From assembly GCF_000341895.1 (NCBI RefSeq), contig NC_020409.1, forward strand, positions 210,001 to 242,000: DNA of 32,000 nucleotides. Reading direction: 5' to 3'. A program made the position numbers and the translations under genes. This document shows, piece by piece, positions 17,070 to 25,701 of the stretch (positions are counted from its first letter, which is position 1; every line of letters starts with the position of its first letter). The stretch is from Pseudodesulfovibrio piezophilus C1TLV30. GTDB lineage: Bacteria > Desulfobacterota > Desulfovibrionia > Desulfovibrionales > Desulfovibrionaceae. A model generated the notes under the pieces. That model was not told where the DNA came from and did no database searches. It was given only the letters and a program-made list of their open reading frames with translations.

Positions 17070-17792
17070 ATGAACGAGAGAGAAAAGAACACGATAACAA
17101 GCTTTACTTCATTTGACCAAATGGAAGGGCATGCCTCGACTCCTGGCATGAATGATTGGGCTGTACCCTGGTCTGACCTCATGATGGTCATGTTTGTTTT
17201 ATTTGTGGTGTTGTTTGTATACTCAGAGACACATCAGAATGTGAAAGTACTCTTTAGTCAACAGAGTGCTGATGAAGCTCAGGCAACCAGCACTCTGGAT
17301 CCCCTGATCGGCCTTATTGGGCAGATATCCAGTCGAGCCGGGGGACAAGATAAGCAGGAGAGTGTCAATGTGACTGGCAGTGAGGTCCTTTATAGGTCCA
17401 GAATTGATGGTGTCACTGTTGTACGAGAAGGACGGGACCGGATCAAAGTGACCCTACGCGGTGAACTTTTCTTTGCTGCCGGAGAATCCACTCTCAAACC
17501 AGATGCAGACCAATATCTCCAGGAAGTGGCCCGAGTTGTTAAACTGAGTGTAGGGACAGTCCATGTCGTGGGATACGCGGCCGCCAATGAAGCCTCGGGA
17601 ACAAGGAGCTTTATCTTATCCAGTCAACGCGCAACAGATGTCGCTGATTATCTCATGGGAAAATTTGCTATCGCTCCCAAACGAATCATTGTGAGTGGCA
17701 GGGGCACCTATAACCCCGAAGTGCCGGAAACATCCGAGGCCAATCATACTATGAATAGACGGGTTGAAATTATAATTACCAATGAAGTTTGA
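17070..17792 (+). CDS. motB: MotB-like stator protein (OmpA/MotB family)
   Basis: It has the MotB-type N-terminal motif with conserved TM Asp (WAVPWSDLMMVMFVLFVVLFV). The C-terminal domain is OmpA-like (FFAAGESTLKPDA...GYAA...SSQRATDVADYL...NRRVEIII). The ATG at 17070 follows AGGAG at 5-nt spacing. The ORF-track start 17016 lies upstream of the putative promoter. Confidence 0.72.
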   Translation: MNEREKNTITSFTSFDQMEGHASTPGMNDWAVPWSDLMMVMFVLFVVLFVYSETHQNVKVLFSQQSADEAQATSTLDPLIGLIGQISSRAGGQDKQESVNVTGSEVLYRSRIDGVTVVREGRDRIKVTLRGELFFAAGESTLKPDADQYLQEVARVVKLSVGTVHVVGYAAANEASGTRSFILSSQRATDVADYLMGKFAIAPKRIIVSGRGTYNPEVPETSEANHTMNRRVEIIITNEV

Positions 17793-17809
17793 GTCGATTG
17801 GAGGAAATG

Positions 17810-18682
17810 ATGAATAAGAAAAATCTGGCAGGCGTCATTGTCAGCCTTTTGATTTTCGTTGGAAGTTTTCTTTTGACCGGAACCGCTGCAGCGTATTGGA
17901 ATGTTGCAGCTTTGCTGGTTGTTCTTTCAGGACTCGTTGCGGCAATGCTTCTCAGTTATCCAGTATCCCATGTCAAGAACGCATTTATGGTTGCGCGTAA
18001 CACCTACTTGAATGGGAGTGTTACATCGGAAGAAATTGTCAATACTTTGCTTGATCTGTCCGTAAAAAGTAAAGTTGATGGTGTACTTTCGCTTGAGAGG
18101 AATGAAAATAGCGATATCAGCACCTTTCTTAAAAGTGGGCTGATGTTGCTCGTGGATAACTACAAGGAAGATGAAATTCGCGAAACATTGAATGTGGAAA
18201 TGGCTTTTTTTAATCTTCGTCGCCAACAGAGTGAACGATTTTTTCTGACCATGGCACGAACAGCTCCTGCATTCGGTGTAGCGGGAAGTGTTATCGGGTT
18301 GATAGGTCTGCTTATGGGGATTAACGATACCGCAGTTATTCTTAAGAATATCCCGGTCGCATTTATTTCGACTCTCTACGGTTTGGTTCTGAGCCATTTG
18401 ATATTTTCTCCCATCGCCGAAAATATCAATTATTCCACAAGAGCGGAACTCCTGAATCAAAAATTGGTTCTTGAAGGGGTCGTGGCTATTAGCAAAGAAC
18501 AAAATTCTTATAAACTGGAACGCAAGCTGGTGTCCTTCCTGAGTCCGAGCCAACGCGCCGGAAAAACGGAAACTCTTCGTAAAATAAGGAGAAAGTACGT
18601 TCAAAAGCTCCAGGAACCTTTAGAGACCGTTGGCGAGGATGCTTCCCCTGATCTTCTGAAAGATGCAACAGAAGCTGCATAA
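17810..18682 (+). CDS. motA: MotA/PomA-like stator channel protein
   Basis: It has a four-TM architecture. MotA-like loop and channel motifs are present (KVDGVLSLE, LLVDNYKEDEI, APAFGVAGSVIGLIGLL, VAFISTLYGLVLSHLIFSPIAENI). GGAGG lies at 17800-17804, 5 nt before the ATG at 17810. The ATG at 17807 and the TTG at 17789 are alternative starts. Confidence 0.78.
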   Translation: MNKKNLAGVIVSLLIFVGSFLLTGTAAAYWNVAALLVVLSGLVAAMLLSYPVSHVKNAFMVARNTYLNGSVTSEEIVNTLLDLSVKSKVDGVLSLERNENSDISTFLKSGLMLLVDNYKEDEIRETLNVEMAFFNLRRQQSERFFLTMARTAPAFGVAGSVIGLIGLLMGINDTAVILKNIPVAFISTLYGLVLSHLIFSPIAENINYSTRAELLNQKLVLEGVVAISKEQNSYKLERKLVSFLSPSQRAGKTETLRKIRRKYVQKLQEPLETVGEDASPDLLKDATEAA

Positions 18683-18710
18683 TTGAAAAGGGTACAACCA
18701 AGTTGAAAAA

Positions 18711-18735
18711 GGAGTCGTAAGGCTCCTTTTTTTTT
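18711..18735 (+). terminator. Rho-independent terminator after the motA-like gene
   Basis: A stem GGAGTC/GGCTCC (6 bp including one G-U pair) has a GTAA loop. A T9 run follows at 18727-18735, and an A-tract precedes the stem. Confidence 0.6.
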
Positions 18736-18779
18736 CATCTGTTTATGCTAGTCTCCTTCGCACGGGAGGAGACTTTTAT

Positions 18780-19730
18780 ATGGCTCATATTTTGGCAGCA
18801 GACATCGGTGGAACCAACAGTCGTTTTGCCCTTTTTGAGTATTCGGGGGGACGGTTGGAAATGGTTGATTCCATCTGGCTGAAAACCCATGGCGCTTCAT
18901 CTTTTCAAGAACTTCTCAGCCAGCTTTGGGCAAGCGATTTCTCTGCTCAGCCCGGAACATTTCAAAGCGGTGCTCTTGCTGTTGCCGGTGCGGTACAGCA
19001 TGGGATGGTATGTGAAAATCTCCCCAATGCTCCATGGGGGGTCGATCTCAACGAAGTGTCATTTGGGAGTGTTCCAGTTCGGCTTATCAATGATTTCGTT
19101 GCCCAAGCCTATGCCTGTCGAACTCTTGCCGTAGAGGATTCACTGATTATACAGCATGGCATTGCTGAAGAAATCGGCGTTGTAGGGGTCATCGGGGCTG
19201 GGACAGGTCTTGGTTATTCGGCGTTGCTCCATACTCATGGGACATGGATAGCTCTGCCTTCCGAGGGAGGGCATATGGCTTTCCCTTTTTATGGTAGAGC
19301 TGAGTTGGAGTATGCCGAATTCAATTGTCAGCGCAGTGGGCGTAATTGGGCTGAGGGGGACAGCGTGGTTACCGGTCTGGGGCTGTCTTTGATTCACGAA
19401 TTTTTGACAGGAGAAACGTTGGCTCCTGAGGACGTTTCTCAGAGTATCACCCAGGAGAGTGAAACCGCCAAGTGGTTTGCCAGATTTTACGGGAGAGCCT
19501 GTCGGAATTGGGCCCTTGCCCTGATGGCTCATGGGGGACTGTTCATTGCCGGTGGCATGGCCGCAAAAAATACCATGTTGGTAAATCATCCTTGTTTTAT
19601 TGAAGAATTTCACAATACACACGTCTATTCAAATTTTTTACGATCTGTCCCAATCAAGCTCAATACCAATGAGGAAAGTGGGTTGTTTGGGGCAGCTTTT
19701 TATGCGCAACAGTTACTCGGAAGTGAGTGA
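18780..19730 (+). CDS. glk: Glucokinase
   Basis: The match to bacterial Glk runs end to end: ILAADIGGTNSRFALF, LINDFVAQAYA, VIGAGTGLGYS, LPSEGGHMAFP, GGLFIAGGMAAKN. Confidence 0.85.
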   Translation: MAHILAADIGGTNSRFALFEYSGGRLEMVDSIWLKTHGASSFQELLSQLWASDFSAQPGTFQSGALAVAGAVQHGMVCENLPNAPWGVDLNEVSFGSVPVRLINDFVAQAYACRTLAVEDSLIIQHGIAEEIGVVGVIGAGTGLGYSALLHTHGTWIALPSEGGHMAFPFYGRAELEYAEFNCQRSGRNWAEGDSVVTGLGLSLIHEFLTGETLAPEDVSQSITQESETAKWFARFYGRACRNWALALMAHGGLFIAGGMAAKNTMLVNHPCFIEEFHNTHVYSNFLRSVPIKLNTNEESGLFGAAFYAQQLLGSE

Positions 19731-20425
19731 GGGACATGATACACAAATATTATCTGAAGCGTCTTGCTCTTGTATTGATTCTTGTTGGGATAATTGCTTG
19801 TTATATTCTCTTTGATTTGGGACGTTTTTTGTCTCTCGAATACCTCAAATCTTCTAGAGAAAGTTTCCAAGCTCTTTATAATGAACATACCTTTTTTGTT
19901 CTCGCCGGTTATTTTATGCTTTATGTCCTGACCACTGCTTTTGCCCTTCCCGCAGCGACAGTGATATCTCTCGCCGGTGGTGCTCTCTTCGGACTAGCAA
20001 CGGGAGTATTCATCGTTTCTTTTGCCAGTACAATAGGGGCGACATTGGCCTTTATTATGTCGAGATACCTGTTCCGGGATTGGGTTCAGGATAAGTTTGG
20101 AGAACGTCTTAAAAAAATTAACGAAGGTGTTGAGAGAGAAGGGGCTTTTTACCTTTTCACTTTGAGGCTGATCCCCGCTATTCCTTTTTTTGTCATTAAC
20201 ACGGTTATGGCGCTGACACCCATGCGACTCTTTACCTTTTATTGGGTTTCGCAAGTGGGTATGTTCCCGGCTACCGTCATTTACATTAATGCCGGTAAAG
20301 AACTCGGGCAACTGGAATCTCTTTCCGGGTTATTTTCACCAAGTCTCATTATTTCGTTTATTATATTGGGGTTATTCCCTTTGGTCATGAAAAAGACATT
20401 GAGTTGGATTCAAGCCAGGAGATAG
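19727..20425 (+). CDS. TVP38/TMEM64 (DedA/SNARE-associated superfamily) membrane protein
   Basis: It is multi-TM, with characteristic motifs: PAATVISLAGGALFG, ASTIGATLAFIMSRYLFRDWV, LRLIPAIPFFVINTVMALTPM. The GTG at 19727 overlaps the glk stop. The ATG at 19736 is an alternative start. Confidence 0.8.
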   Translation: MRDMIHKYYLKRLALVLILVGIIACYILFDLGRFLSLEYLKSSRESFQALYNEHTFFVLAGYFMLYVLTTAFALPAATVISLAGGALFGLATGVFIVSFASTIGATLAFIMSRYLFRDWVQDKFGERLKKINEGVEREGAFYLFTLRLIPAIPFFVINTVMALTPMRLFTFYWVSQVGMFPATVIYINAGKELGQLESLSGLFSPSLIISFIILGLFPLVMKKTLSWIQARR

Positions 20426-20429
20426 CGAT

Positions 20430-21881
20430 ATGGCACGTTATGACTTTGATATAGGAATACTTGGTGGCGGAGCTGCCGGATTGACTGTCGCATCTGGAGC
20501 GGCTCAACTCGGTATGAAGGTTTTATTACTTGAGAAGGAAATGTTGCTTGGCGGTGATTGTCTCCACTATGGATGTGTACCAAGTAAGACCCTGATAAAG
20601 ACGGCCTCGGTTTATCATGAGATGAGGAGAGCCTCGGATTTTGGGCTTCCTTCTTTCAATCTCCCCCCAGTGGATTTCCGACAAGTCGGGAGTAGGATTC
20701 AATCCGTTATTGATGCTATTCAAGTGCATGATTCGGTAGACAGATTTTGCCAACTTGGTGTGCAGGTCGACTTCGGTCAGGCTTCATTCGTGGACAGTCA
20801 TACTGTTGAGTATGGGCCGAAACGGGTCTCGGCTCAATTCTGGGTGATTGCGACCGGGTCTCACTCTTCGATTCCGGTGATTCCCGGACTGGATGGCGTC
20901 GACTTTCTGACGAACCGAGACCTTTTTTCTTTGGAAGCGTTACCCAAGTCACTGATCATCATCGGGGCCGGGCCAATTGGTTGTGAGATGGCTCAGGCTT
21001 TTTCTCGTTTGGGGACTGATGTGACTGTTTTGCAACGGAATTGTCAGGTATTGTCTCTCGAAGATGGAGATATGGCCAGTGTTGTACAGACGACTTTGCA
21101 ATCGGAAGGAGTCACTGTCCATCTCTGCGCCCAGACAATAAAAGTTTCTGATAAGAACAACTCTATCGTAGTTCGGTATGAAATAGATGGAGCAGAGTAT
21201 AGTCTTGAGGCCGAAAAACTTTTGGTGGCAACAGGTCGGTCTCCGAGCATCGAGGGGCTGCATTTGGAGAATGCAGGTGTTGAGTCTGATCATAAAGGGG
21301 TGTTGGTCGATCATAGATTGAGAACAACGCAAAAGCATATTTTTGCGGCAGGGGACGTTACTGGTCGATATCAATTCACTCATGCTGCGGGGTATGAAGG
21401 GGGGATCGTCGTTTCCAATGTTGCGTTCAGACTTCCTCGCAAAGTTGATTATACATGGCTCCCCTGGTGTACATATACCGAACCGGAACTTGCTAGTATC
21501 GGGCTGAATGAAAAGGCGGCCAAGCAAGCGGGGAGAGAGTATTCCGTTTTGGAAGAGAGTTTTACGGAGAATGATCGTGCTCAAGCTGAGGGGGCCTCAG
21601 TTGGTAGAATTAAAATATTACTGACGAAAAAGGGAAAGCCCTTAGGCGTGCAGATTGTTGGCCCACATGCCGGGGAGGTTCTTTCAGAGTGGGTAGCTAT
21701 TCTGAATGGAAAAACAGGCTTATCCACACTTGCTTCTGCTATTCATCCATACCCGACAGTGAGTGAAATCAACAAACGAGTCGCTGGCAGCATCCTTTCC
21801 CAGAAAATTTTTTCAGAACCGGTGCGAAAGACCCTTCGATTCTTTTTTGGGTATCAAGGAAAAGCCTGCAAGCTTGATTAA
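20430..21881 (+). CDS. FAD-dependent pyridine nucleotide-disulfide oxidoreductase (dihydrolipoyl dehydrogenase / mercuric-reductase-like class I flavoprotein)
   Basis: An FAD fold is present (DIGILGGGAAGLTVA). The redox-active disulfide motif is GGDCLHYGCVPSK, and the NAD fold is IIGAGPIGCEMAQ. Also present are ATGRSP, FAAGDV, and the dimerisation-domain motif HPYPTVSE. There is no NmerA domain and no C-terminal Cys pair. Confidence 0.85.
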   Translation: MARYDFDIGILGGGAAGLTVASGAAQLGMKVLLLEKEMLLGGDCLHYGCVPSKTLIKTASVYHEMRRASDFGLPSFNLPPVDFRQVGSRIQSVIDAIQVHDSVDRFCQLGVQVDFGQASFVDSHTVEYGPKRVSAQFWVIATGSHSSIPVIPGLDGVDFLTNRDLFSLEALPKSLIIIGAGPIGCEMAQAFSRLGTDVTVLQRNCQVLSLEDGDMASVVQTTLQSEGVTVHLCAQTIKVSDKNNSIVVRYEIDGAEYSLEAEKLLVATGRSPSIEGLHLENAGVESDHKGVLVDHRLRTTQKHIFAAGDVTGRYQFTHAAGYEGGIVVSNVAFRLPRKVDYTWLPWCTYTEPELASIGLNEKAAKQAGREYSVLEESFTENDRAQAEGASVGRIKILLTKKGKPLGVQIVGPHAGEVLSEWVAILNGKTGLSTLASAIHPYPTVSEINKRVAGSILSQKIFSEPVRKTLRFFFGYQGKACKLD

Positions 21882-21948
21882 TCGGGCAAACATGGGTAAG
21901 TGACCACCTTCTTTTGAGACGAGAGTCGAAACAAGGAGAATATTTCGT

Positions 21949-22431
21949 ATGGGTGATAAAAGCCGATATCAAAAGATGTTTCCAGTATCATGGGAGCAAC
22001 TGCATAGGGATTGCCGGGCATTGTCATGGCGTCTGATGGAGAAAGGGCCTTGGAAAGGTATTATAGCAATTACGCGGGGGGGGCTTGTCCCGGCCGCCAT
22101 ACTCGCGCGTGAGCTTGATATTCATTTGGTGGATACTATCTGCCTTTCCAGTTATAATTGGAAAGAACAGGGGCAGGCTCAGGTTCTCAAAAAAATTGAT
22201 AATGATGGCGATGGTTGGTTATTGATAGACGACCTCGTGGATACTGGAAAAACAGCTAAAATTGCTCAGGATATGGTGCCAAAAGCCCATTTTGCCACGG
22301 TTTATGCAAAGCCTGAAGGTCGGCCCATGGTCGAAACGTATATTACTGAAGTGAGCCAGGACACTTGGATTCTTTTTCCCTGGGATGCAGGTTCTCAATT
22401 TGTGGAACCAATTATTCAAGTTGTGGAATAG
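21949..22431 (+). CDS. gpt: Xanthine-guanine phosphoribosyltransferase
   Basis: The similarity to E. coli Gpt is close: [72 protein letters not shown]. Confidence 0.92.
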   Translation: MGDKSRYQKMFPVSWEQLHRDCRALSWRLMEKGPWKGIIAITRGGLVPAAILARELDIHLVDTICLSSYNWKEQGQAQVLKKIDNDGDGWLLIDDLVDTGKTAKIAQDMVPKAHFATVYAKPEGRPMVETYITEVSQDTWILFPWDAGSQFVEPIIQVVE

Positions 22432-22558
22432 GACTGTCTGTCCAGATTGTTTGAATGCAGGGTGAGTTCGATGAGTCTGTCGAAAGCATCCGAAGATGGT
22501 GCTCTGAAATGTGTGCAGAGATAGTGAGATTGGATCAAAAGTTAACGGAGAGGTCCTC

Positions 22559-23692
22559 ATGAAAAGAATGCTGAAACTGCTCGTTGTCGTCGCTTCCATG
22601 GCGATGATGTTGTCTCTCTTCGCTTGTGGCGAAGCCCCTCAGGAAGAAAAAACGGAAGCATTGCCTCCTCAGGCAGAAGCACCAGAAGAGGCTGCCAAGA
22701 CAGTTAAGGCTGGTTTTGTTTATGTTTCTCCCGTTGGTGACGCTGGATATTCTTACTCTCATGACCTTGGGCGTAAGGCTGTGGATGCATTGGACTTCAC
22801 GGAGACCGCTTTTGTTGAGTCCGTTCCTGAAGGTGCAGATTCTGAACGTGTTATTCGTAATATGGCCCGCAAAGGGTTTAATGTTATCTTTACGACCAGT
22901 TTTGGCTATATGGACCCGACCATGAAGGTCGCCAAGGAATTCCCCGATGTGGCATTCATGCATTGTTCAGGTTTTAAAAAAGCTGAGAATGTCAGTAATT
23001 ATTTCGGCCGAATCTATCAGTCTCGCTATCTGACCGGGCTTGTTGCCGGAGCCATGACCAAGTCCAACAAACTTGGGTATGTGGCTGCGTTTCCTATCCC
23101 CGAAGTCATTCGCGGTATCAATGCCTTTGCAATTGGTGCAAGAGAGATGAATCCCGATGCTGAAGTTCGTGTTGTCTGGACAAAAACATGGTATGATCCT
23201 GCGTTGGAAAAGGATGCAGCCAAGTCCTTGCTGGACGCCGGATGCGATGTCATTACTCAGCATCAGGATTCCCCGGCTGCACAGGAGGCTGCACAGGAGG
23301 CCGGTGCATATTCTATTGGGTATAATTCCGACATGGCATCTTTTGCTCCGAAGGCACATCTGACCTCTGCTATCTGGAACTGGGGACCTGCTTATGTCAA
23401 AACTGTTGAGCAAATAAAAAATGGTACCTGGAAGGGCAATCAGTCTGCATGGTGGTCCATGGCTGATGGTGTCGTTGACATCGCGCCGATGGGACCGATG
23501 GTTCCCGAAGATGTGAAGGAAATAGTCTTAGCACACAAGGCCAAGCTCGTGGCAGGGGATGACACTATCTTTGCAGGACCTCTCAAGAATCAGAACGGCG
23601 AGGTTGTCGTGACCGAAGGAGCCGTTATCCCTGATGGTGATTTGCTTGGTATGACCTGGTTCGTTGAAGGTGTTATTGGCACCACAGAATAA
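22559..23692 (+). CDS. BMP-family (PnrA/Med-like) ABC-transporter substrate-binding lipoprotein, probable nucleoside binding
   Basis: It has a lipobox (LSLFACG). BMP-family motifs are present (GFVYVSPVGDAGYSYSHDLG, FTTSFGYMDP, LGYVAAFPIPEVIRGINAFAIGAR). The ATG at 22559 follows GGAGAGG. Confidence 0.85.
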   Translation: MKRMLKLLVVVASMAMMLSLFACGEAPQEEKTEALPPQAEAPEEAAKTVKAGFVYVSPVGDAGYSYSHDLGRKAVDALDFTETAFVESVPEGADSERVIRNMARKGFNVIFTTSFGYMDPTMKVAKEFPDVAFMHCSGFKKAENVSNYFGRIYQSRYLTGLVAGAMTKSNKLGYVAAFPIPEVIRGINAFAIGAREMNPDAEVRVVWTKTWYDPALEKDAAKSLLDAGCDVITQHQDSPAAQEAAQEAGAYSIGYNSDMASFAPKAHLTSAIWNWGPAYVKTVEQIKNGTWKGNQSAWWSMADGVVDIAPMGPMVPEDVKEIVLAHKAKLVAGDDTIFAGPLKNQNGEVVVTEGAVIPDGDLLGMTWFVEGVIGTTE

Positions 23693-23707
23693 AGCCTTGG
23701 ACACAGA

Positions 23708-24772
23708 GTGCTAAAAATAAGAAAAAGAGAAGAACCCTGGAAGTGGGGCGCCCTGGTAATATTCCTGGGCGCCCTGCTCTTTTCACTTGGGGTGAGTGCA
23801 TTGCTCCTTGCTGTTCAAGGGAAGGATGCCTTGTATGGCATGGATATTTTATGGCAGGGAAGTTTTGGGCATTTGTGGGCCTTGGAAGGAGCTTTGCTCA
23901 AAGCCATTCCGCTCTTTCTCTGCTCTTTAGGTGTGGCTGTGGCCTTTAGAATGCAGATATGGAATATCGGTGCAGAAGGACAGTTTGCCCTTGGAGCCAT
24001 TGGGGCAACCTGGATGGCACTTTCTTTTCCGGACCTTCCGGCTTTCTTTCTTCTCCCCCTGATGTTTTTCATGGCCTTTATTCTTGGGGGGCTTTGGGCA
24101 TTAATCCCAGCTTTTCTCAGACTCAAGCTTCGTGTGAACGAGATTATTTCGACCCTCATGTTGAACTACATTGCCATATTGCTCCTGGACTATCTTGTTT
24201 TCGGTGTGTGGAAAGACCCCAAGAGTTTTGGATTTCCCATGACGGCTGAATTCCCTTCCAACGCTGTTATCGGTAGCATCGGTGGCAGCAAAGTTCATTG
24301 GGGTTTACTGTTTTGTGTGTGTGTTGGTGTTGTCTTGTGGGCATTCATGCGCTTTACCCGGCTTGGTTTTGAACTCAAGGCGAGTGGTGAAGGTGCTCGT
24401 GTCGCCAAATATGCCAAGATTCGCTATGGAATGCTTGTTATGTTTGTAATGGGATTATCCGGCGGATTCGCTGGATTTGCAGGTTGTATCGAAACTTCCG
24501 CAGTTCTCAACCGATTGCAGCCGAGCCTTATGGTCGGTTATGGTTACACTGCCATTGTTGTCGCATGGCTCGCTCGGCTTGAACCCCTCTATATTGCCTT
24601 GGGGTCCTTCCTCTTGGCTGCTCTCCGTGTGGGAGTCGAAAATCTTCAGCTTGAATTGCAGATTCCTGCAGCATTCGGTGTCATCATGGAAGGAATGATT
24701 TTACTGACTGTTTTGGCAGGACAGTTTTTTCTGATGTATAAGCTGGAACGCAAGCCGCGTTCACAGGATTAG
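23708..24772 (+). CDS. ABC-transporter permease (BPD_transp_2 type, nucleoside/simple-sugar class)
   Basis: It is polytopic, with WNIGAEGQFALGAIG and other motifs typical of the permeases partnered with BMP-binding proteins. The start is a GTG. No in-frame alternative exists after the upstream stop. Confidence 0.85.
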   Translation: MLKIRKREEPWKWGALVIFLGALLFSLGVSALLLAVQGKDALYGMDILWQGSFGHLWALEGALLKAIPLFLCSLGVAVAFRMQIWNIGAEGQFALGAIGATWMALSFPDLPAFFLLPLMFFMAFILGGLWALIPAFLRLKLRVNEIISTLMLNYIAILLLDYLVFGVWKDPKSFGFPMTAEFPSNAVIGSIGGSKVHWGLLFCVCVGVVLWAFMRFTRLGFELKASGEGARVAKYAKIRYGMLVMFVMGLSGGFAGFAGCIETSAVLNRLQPSLMVGYGYTAIVVAWLARLEPLYIALGSFLLAALRVGVENLQLELQIPAAFGVIMEGMILLTVLAGQFFLMYKLERKPRSQD

Positions 24773-24780
24773 CTGAAATT

Positions 24781-25698
24781 ATGTGGGAATTTTTGATACC
24801 GCTGCTGGCCGCGACTGTGCAATCTGGCACTCCCATCCTTTATGCCACTCTCGGTGAGATGATGACTGAGAAAGGCGGAGTACTTAATCTTGGTGTGGAA
24901 GGAACCATGGCTGTGTCAGCCTTGGCAGCGTTTATAGTCAGTTCGTTGACAGGGTCGCCGTGGCTGGGCTTTCTAGCCGGAGGCTGTGCCGGGATGGCAT
25001 TTGGCGCATTGCATGGTTTTGTTTGTATAATCTGCTTGGGAAATCAGGTGGTTTCCGGGTTGGCTTTGACCATACTTGGACTGGGATTGACTAATTATCT
25101 TGGGGTTCCGTATGTCGGTCTTTCCAGTCCGGGGTTTTCTCCATTTGATTTTCCTTTACTTTCTCAGATTCCGGTGTTGGGAGATATCTTTTTCAAACAC
25201 GACATGCTTGTGTACATTTCTTTTATAGTTCCTGTTCTGTTTTGGTTCTTTTTCAAAAGGACAAGTCTGGGGCTTCACATTACAGCAACTGGTGAAATGC
25301 CAGTAGCCGCGAGTGCTGTCGGTCTTAAGCCAAGAGCCTTGCGATATGTTGCTGTCATTGCGGGGGGCTTCCTTATCGGTTTGGGAGGAGCATATCTCTC
25401 CTTGGCGTATACCCACCTATGGACCAATGGACTATCCGGAGGGCGGGGCTGGATCGCTGTTGCTTTAGTCATTTTTGCTTTTTGGCGTCCTGGAAGGGCG
25501 GTTATTGGAGCCTATCTTTTTGGTGGTGTTATGGCATTTCAACTGAGACTTCAGGCTATGGGGACTCATTTACCCTCTTCTCTTCTTCTCATGCTGCCAT
25601 ATCTTCTGACTATTTTTGTCTTGATCCTTTCAGCTGCGCGTGGACGTCGTATTGATGCTCCTGCGGCTTTGGGTACTAATATAGAGCCGGAAGGATAA
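24781..25698 (+). CDS. ABC-transporter permease, second subunit
   Basis: It is polytopic, with GGVLNLGVEGTMAVSA and a permease pattern paralogous to 23708-24772. Confidence 0.85.
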   Translation: MWEFLIPLLAATVQSGTPILYATLGEMMTEKGGVLNLGVEGTMAVSALAAFIVSSLTGSPWLGFLAGGCAGMAFGALHGFVCIICLGNQVVSGLALTILGLGLTNYLGVPYVGLSSPGFSPFDFPLLSQIPVLGDIFFKHDMLVYISFIVPVLFWFFFKRTSLGLHITATGEMPVAASAVGLKPRALRYVAVIAGGFLIGLGGAYLSLAYTHLWTNGLSGGRGWIAVALVIFAFWRPGRAVIGAYLFGGVMAFQLRLQAMGTHLPSSLLLMLPYLLTIFVLILSAARGRRIDAPAALGTNIEPEG

Positions 25699-25701
25699 GG
25701 T

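Noticed and set aside
19727-21881. Possible single TVP38-reductase fusion protein produced by read-through.
   Set aside because: The two ORFs are in different frames and are separated by a TAG plus 4 nt. The second ORF has its own ATG, and no slippery sequence is visible.
22432-22558. A possible purine or other riboswitch in the 127-nt leader upstream of the nucleoside ABC transporter.
   Set aside because: I could not find the conserved purine-riboswitch core (junction and loop-loop motifs). Only short 4-5 bp hairpins are present. An Infernal/Rfam scan would be needed to revisit this.
24314-24324. A (TG)5 dinucleotide run inside the first nucleoside permease gene, considered as a phase-variation tract.
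   Set aside because: It is too short for efficient slipped-strand mispairing. It simply encodes a CVCV hydrophobic stretch.
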